DNA of 64,000 nucleotides from Magnetococcales bacterium (GTDB lineage Bacteria; Pseudomonadota; Magnetococcia; Magnetococcales; Magnetaquicoccaceae): NCBI GenBank assembly GCA_015231915.1, contig JADGAR010000018.1, positions 4,457 to 68,456 of the forward strand, read 5' to 3'. Shown piece by piece: positions 59,939 to 64,000 of this stretch (position 1 is its first letter; each line of letters starts with the position of its first letter). The notes under the pieces were generated by a model. It saw only the letters and a program-made list of their open reading frames with translations, ran no database searches and was not told where the DNA came from. The position numbers and the translations under genes were made by a program.

Positions 59939-61086
59939 ACGACTCCCCCGACCCCCTTGCGCGATTGCTGGCCGACCTGGCCGGGGAGGCCGGTATTGTG
60001 CCGTTCTGGCGTGTCATGGAACTGGCCCTCTATCACCCGGAGCACGGCTATTACATGACCGGACGCCAGCGCATTGGCAGGGAGGGGGATTTTGTCACCG
60101 CGCCGGAGTTGACCTCGCTTTTTGGCGAACTGCTGACGTTGCAGTGCATCGAGGTGTGGGAACTGCTGGGGCGACCCCATCCGTTCGCCGTCATCGAAAT
60201 GGGGGGGGGAAGCGGTCGCCTGGCCGCCGATTTTCTCGCCACCGCACGACGCTTTGTCGATTTTTTTCAGGCGCTCGCCTACCGGGTGGTGGAGATCAGC
60301 CCCGATTTTCGCGCCCGGCAGCAGGAACTGGTGCATGCACTCGGCTGCGGAGCGGAGAAAATCAGCTGGTCTGCGACGCTGCCGGACCACATCGAGGCGG
60401 GAGTGATCCTCGGCAACGAGTTTCTCGATGCCTTGCCGGTCCATTGGGTGGAAATGACCCCGCACGGGCTGATGGAGGTGGGGTTGGTCCCGGATGGCCA
60501 GGGAACGTTCACGACCCTGCTGGTGGCCCCGCAATCCCCTTTGGCCCCGGATTATTTCGATAATCTTGGCATTGATCTTGCGACTGGTTATCGAACCGAA
60601 GTCGGCCTCGCCGCCGCGCGCTGGATGGAAGGGGCAGGCAGGGCACTGGGCCGGGGTGTGGTGCTGATGATCGACTACGGCTGGCCAGCCTCCGAATACT
60701 ACGCGCCCCACCGCACCCATGGCACCCTGGCAGGCCACCGGGGACACGAACGGGTGGACGACCCGTTGCGCTTCCTGGGCACAATGGACCTGACCGCCCA
60801 TGTGGACTTCTCCGCCATGGCGCGTGCAGGGACAAGCGCCGGTTTGACCCCCCTGGGGTTCACCACCCAGGCCTGGTTCCTGATGGGCCTGGGCATCCTG
60901 GAACGACTGCAACGGCTGACCGGCAGACTCGCTCCCGAACAGGCCGAATCCTTGCGCCAGGCAGTGATGCGCCTCATCCTGCCGGACGCCATGGGCGAAC
61001 GCTTCAAGGTCCTGGCCATGGGAAAAGGGGTGTTGCAAGGGGCTTTGTCGGGTTTTCGGTTGAACGATCAGTGGCCGCGATTGTAA
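59935..61086 (+). CDS. MidA/NDUFAF7-family SAM-dependent methyltransferase
   Basis: MELALYHP..GYY...GDFVTAPE; EMGGGSG.LA; NEFLDALPV; IDYG; DLTAHVDF; MGERFKVL. Confidence 0.92.
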   Translation: MNDSPDPLARLLADLAGEAGIVPFWRVMELALYHPEHGYYMTGRQRIGREGDFVTAPELTSLFGELLTLQCIEVWELLGRPHPFAVIEMGGGSGRLAADFLATARRFVDFFQALAYRVVEISPDFRARQQELVHALGCGAEKISWSATLPDHIEAGVILGNEFLDALPVHWVEMTPHGLMEVGLVPDGQGTFTTLLVAPQSPLAPDYFDNLGIDLATGYRTEVGLAAARWMEGAGRALGRGVVLMIDYGWPASEYYAPHRTHGTLAGHRGHERVDDPLRFLGTMDLTAHVDFSAMARAGTSAGLTPLGFTTQAWFLMGLGILERLQRLTGRLAPEQAESLRQAVMRLILPDAMGERFKVLAMGKGVLQGALSGFRLNDQWPRL

Positions 61087-61136
61087 AATATTCGGGGCAG
61101 TGTCGTGCTGAGATATTAAAATATAAGGAAGAAGCC

Positions 61137-61946
61137 ATGGGAATCCTGACAGGAAAACGAGGTTTGATTTTTGGTCTGGCCAACGAGCGCAGCATCGCCT
61201 GGGGCATCGCCCGCGCCTGCCATCGCGAGGGGGCGGTGCTGGGCTTCAACTATCTGGGCGAGGCGCTGGAAAAACGGGTGCGCCCCCTGGCCGCCGAACT
61301 GAACTCCGATTTCGTGCTGCCGTGCAACCTCAACAACGACGACGAAATCGACCAGGTCTTCCAGGAGGTCGAGAAGCGCTGGGATGGGGTGGATTTCCTG
61401 GTACACTCCGTTGCCTTCGCCAAAAAGGAAGAGTTGACCGGTTATTACTACGATACCTCCCGCGCCGGCTTCATGATCGCCATGGAGACCTCGGTCTACT
61501 CCCTGACCGCCCTGTGCGGTCGGGCCGCGCCCTTGATGAAGAACGGCGGCTCGATCCTCACCCTGAGCTATCTGGGCGCGGAACGGGTGATGCCCCATTA
61601 CAACGTCATGGGGGTGGCCAAGGCGGCCCTGGAGGCGAGCGTGCGCTATCTGGCCGTGGATTTCGGCCCCAAAAACATCCGGGTGAACGCCGTCTCGGCA
61701 GGTCCCATCCGCACCCTGGCCGCCGCCGGGATCGGCGACTTCAAGCACATACTCAACTGGAACAAAGACAACGCCCCCATGCGCCGCAACGTCACCATCG
61801 AGGAGGTGGGGGAGTCGGCCCTTTTTCTGCTTTCGGACATGAGCAGCGGGGTGACCGGCGAGGTGCTGCACGTGGATGCCGGCTACCACGTGGTGGGGAT
61901 GAAGGCGGTGGATCACGACCACAAACACGAATCACACCATCACTGA
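61137..61946 (+). CDS. fabI: Enoyl-ACP reductase FabI
   Basis: [13 protein letters not shown]; VHSVAFA; [12 protein letters not shown]; [14 protein letters not shown]. Confidence 0.97.
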   Translation: MGILTGKRGLIFGLANERSIAWGIARACHREGAVLGFNYLGEALEKRVRPLAAELNSDFVLPCNLNNDDEIDQVFQEVEKRWDGVDFLVHSVAFAKKEELTGYYYDTSRAGFMIAMETSVYSLTALCGRAAPLMKNGGSILTLSYLGAERVMPHYNVMGVAKAALEASVRYLAVDFGPKNIRVNAVSAGPIRTLAAAGIGDFKHILNWNKDNAPMRRNVTIEEVGESALFLLSDMSSGVTGEVLHVDAGYHVVGMKAVDHDHKHESHHH

Positions 61947-61957
61947 GCGAATCTGAC

Positions 61958-63079
61958 GTGTCGGGTAATGGCATCGGTCTTCTGTTCCGTCTGACCACCT
62001 TCGGCGAAAGCCATGGTCCGGCCATCGGCGGCGTGGTGGAGGGGTGTCCCGCCGGCCTGCCCCTGGAGGAGGCCGACCTGCAACGGGATCTGGACCGTCG
62101 GCGGCCCGGCCAAAGCCGTTTCACCACCGCCCGCCGCGAACCGGATCGGGTGCGCATCCTTTCCGGCGTGTTCGAGGGGGTGACCACCGGCACGCCCATC
62201 GGCCTGCTGATCGAAAACACCGATCAACGCTCCGGCGATTACCGGGAGATCAAGGATCGCTTTCGTCCCGGTCACGCGGATTGGGTGTACCAGAAAAAAT
62301 ACGGCATCCGCGACTACCGGGGCGGGGGGCGGGCCTCGGCGCGGGAGACGGCGGTGCGGGTGGCAGCCGGGGCAATTGCCAAAAAGCTGCTGGCGCAAAC
62401 CGGGGTGCGAATCGCCGGCGCATTGATCGCCATGGGCGAGGTGACCATCGACCGCGCCAACTGGCGCTGGGAGGAGGTGGAGTGCAATCCCTTCTTCACC
62501 CCTGATGCCGCTGCGGTGCCCCGTTTCGAGGCGCTGATGGAAAAGATCCGCGCTGCCGGGGACTCGGTGGGCGCTTTGCTGGAGGTGACCGCCACCGGGG
62601 TGCCGGTGGGGCTGGGCGAACCGGTCTTCGACCGCCTGGACGCCGATCTGGCCAAGGCGCTGATGAGCATCAACGCCGTCAAGGGGGTGGAGATCGGCAG
62701 CGGCATGGCCGTGGCGTGCGGGCAGGGGTCGCTGATGGCGGATGAGATGGTCCCGGACGCGAGTCAACCGGACGGGGTCGCCTTTCTGAGCAATCACGCC
62801 GGCGGCATTCTGGGAGGGATCTCCACCGGACAGCCCATCGTGGCGCGTCTGGCGGTCAAGCCCACCTCCTCCATCGCCATCCCCAAACGCAGCGTCACTC
62901 CGGACAACACGGCGTGCGTGGTGATCACCAGGGGGCGTCACGATCCTTGCGTGGGGATCCGGGCCGTGCCGGTGGCCGAGGCCATGATGGCCCTGACCCT
63001 GGCCGATCACTGGCTCCGTTTCAGGAGTCGTCCTGGGGCGTGGCCAGCAGGAACGTCAGGGTGTACTTCCCAAGGGTGA
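61958..63079 (+). CDS. aroC: Chorismate synthase
   Basis: TTFGESHG; RPGHAD; [11 protein letters not shown]; [11 protein letters not shown]; [14 protein letters not shown]; GRHDPCV; GTG start. Confidence 0.97.
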   Translation: MSGNGIGLLFRLTTFGESHGPAIGGVVEGCPAGLPLEEADLQRDLDRRRPGQSRFTTARREPDRVRILSGVFEGVTTGTPIGLLIENTDQRSGDYREIKDRFRPGHADWVYQKKYGIRDYRGGGRASARETAVRVAAGAIAKKLLAQTGVRIAGALIAMGEVTIDRANWRWEEVECNPFFTPDAAAVPRFEALMEKIRAAGDSVGALLEVTATGVPVGLGEPVFDRLDADLAKALMSINAVKGVEIGSGMAVACGQGSLMADEMVPDASQPDGVAFLSNHAGGILGGISTGQPIVARLAVKPTSSIAIPKRSVTPDNTACVVITRGRHDPCVGIRAVPVAEAMMALTLADHWLRFRSRPGAWPAGTSGCTSQG

Positions 63080-63335
63080 CGCGGTCCTTGTGTTTGAGCC
63101 GATGTTCCCTGACCTTGGAGTCGTTGACGAACGTGCCGTTCTTGCTGGCCATATCCTTGATCAGGTACTTGTCCGGCCCGGCCCGCGTCACCTGGGCGTG
63201 AAAGCGGGAGAGCGAATCGTAGGGGATGCGGATATCGTTTCCCCAGCCCCTGCCGATGGTGACGATCTCCTTGTCCAGCGGTATCTCCTTGATGAAGACA
63301 TCGCTTTGCGTGATGATGAACTTCGCTTCCGCCAT
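63021..63335 (-). CDS. Stand-alone FHA domain protein
   Basis: TIGR...NDI.I....SRFHAQV...[11 protein letters not shown]. Confidence 0.9.
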   Translation of the reverse strand: MAEAKFIITQSDVFIKEIPLDKEIVTIGRGWGNDIRIPYDSLSRFHAQVTRAGPDKYLIKDMASKNGTFVNDSKVREHRLKHKDRVTLGKYTLTFLLATPQDDS

Positions 63336-63339
63336 GGTT

Positions 63340-63774
63340 TCAGGCTGCTTGTCTGACCGCGAACCGGGCCGGCGTGCAGCTGGCCAGGGGGCGCATGGCC
63401 AGCTGGGTGCCGCCGATGAGGATGTCGATTTCGTCCGGCAGTGGGGCGGCGTATTGCACCTGTTGCCAGATGTCGCGTTCGGAGTCGGGCATTTGGACGT
63501 AGGTGCCGTTGGTGCTGCCCAGATCCTCGATCATCCAGAACCCGCGCGGATGGAGGAAGATCCGGCAGTGATTCCGCGAGACCCGCGGGTCTTGCAGTTG
63601 AATCCGCACCACCTGCTCCCCGCACTGGTTGGCCGTGCGGCCCAGGACAAACTCCGGTCGATCCGTCTGATGATAGTGGAAGTCGTAACCATTGCAACCC
63701 GGCTCCTGGATGTAAAAGCGCAGCTGGGGCACGGGCTTGAGGGATTTGCGCCAGGTGTTCAGGAATGCGTACAT
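63340..63774 (-). CDS. FHA domain protein
   Basis: VLGRT...VSRNHCRI...IEDLGSTNGTYV; AGGAA RBS before ATG 63774. Confidence 0.8.
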   Translation of the reverse strand: MYAFLNTWRKSLKPVPQLRFYIQEPGCNGYDFHYHQTDRPEFVLGRTANQCGEQVVRIQLQDPRVSRNHCRIFLHPRGFWMIEDLGSTNGTYVQMPDSERDIWQQVQYAAPLPDEIDILIGGTQLAMRPLASCTPARFAVRQAA

Positions 63775-63852
63775 GTTTGTATTTCCTAGTGATGCAAGAG
63801 GTTTGGTCTTGTCTGGGCCTGAAAGCAAGATGAGTACCAAGTTTGATCCGCC

Positions 63853-64000
63853 ATGATGGAGGCGTTTCTGCACGGCCTGGAGGGGGAGTCCCGCCGGCTG
63901 TTCACCCTGCACGCCGGCGTGGATGGTCCGGTCGAGGAGGTGGAGTCGCGTCGGTTTCTGGCCGAGATCCGGCGTTGGGCCATTCGTTTCAGCGGGCGAC
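63853..64000 (+). CDS. Hypothetical protein, 3'-truncated by window edge
   Basis: ATG ATG GAG GCG... open to the edge with high GC3 codon usage (MMEAFLHGLEGESRRLFTLHAG...). Confidence 0.45.
   Translation, partial: MMEAFLHGLEGESRRLFTLHAGVDGPVEEVESRRFLAEIRRWAIRFSGR

Noticed and set aside
63775-64000. N-terminal extension of the FHA ORF to the window edge (frame is open)
   Set aside because: A good RBS precedes ATG 63774 and the plus strand has the better codon pattern from 63853; not fully excluded
1-64000. Magnetosome (mam/mms) genes, tRNA, rRNA, transposases
   Set aside because: No recognisable motifs seen; the Magnetococcales assignment is inferred only from gene content

Overview
GC-rich (about 65% by eye) proteobacterial chromosomal window with about 49 supportable CDSs. 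I found no rRNA, tRNA, CRISPR array, transposase, integrase or magnetosome gene. The gene mix (dusB-ntrB-ntrC, a split F0 operon with an alphaproteobacterial-type b' subunit, a sulfur-oxidiser-type dsrC-dsrM-dsrK block, several large hybrid kinases, a giant FecR/cadherin protein, a DUF3782 protein) suggests a Magnetococcales-like organism; this is inference only. Housekeeping genes: aat, rph, engB, dusB, ntrBC, atpIBEF, alr, dnaB, radC, polA, fabI, aroC and a heterodimeric ABC exporter. Most interesting: (1) a 2814-aa membrane-anchored FecR / helical-repeat / cadherin-Ig protein with an unassigned tip domain, lying next to an orphan MshL-type secretin fused to a C-terminal SPOR domain and preceded by a sigma54-type promoter; (2) a tightly coupled operon of small ORF, SMC/Rad50-like ATPase with a central transmembrane hairpin, PstS-like protein and DedA, divergent from a secreted purple-acid-phosphatase-like enzyme; (3) a low-GC orphan HD-domain gene in an apparent accessory block (HD protein, CheB/CheR hybrid kinase, HEPN-MNT pair) after polA; (4) a stand-alone dsrCMK module behind a near-consensus sigma54 promoter; (5) an ATP-grasp/MFS/DUF2782 operon. 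All family calls come from motifs read by eye; no database search was run.
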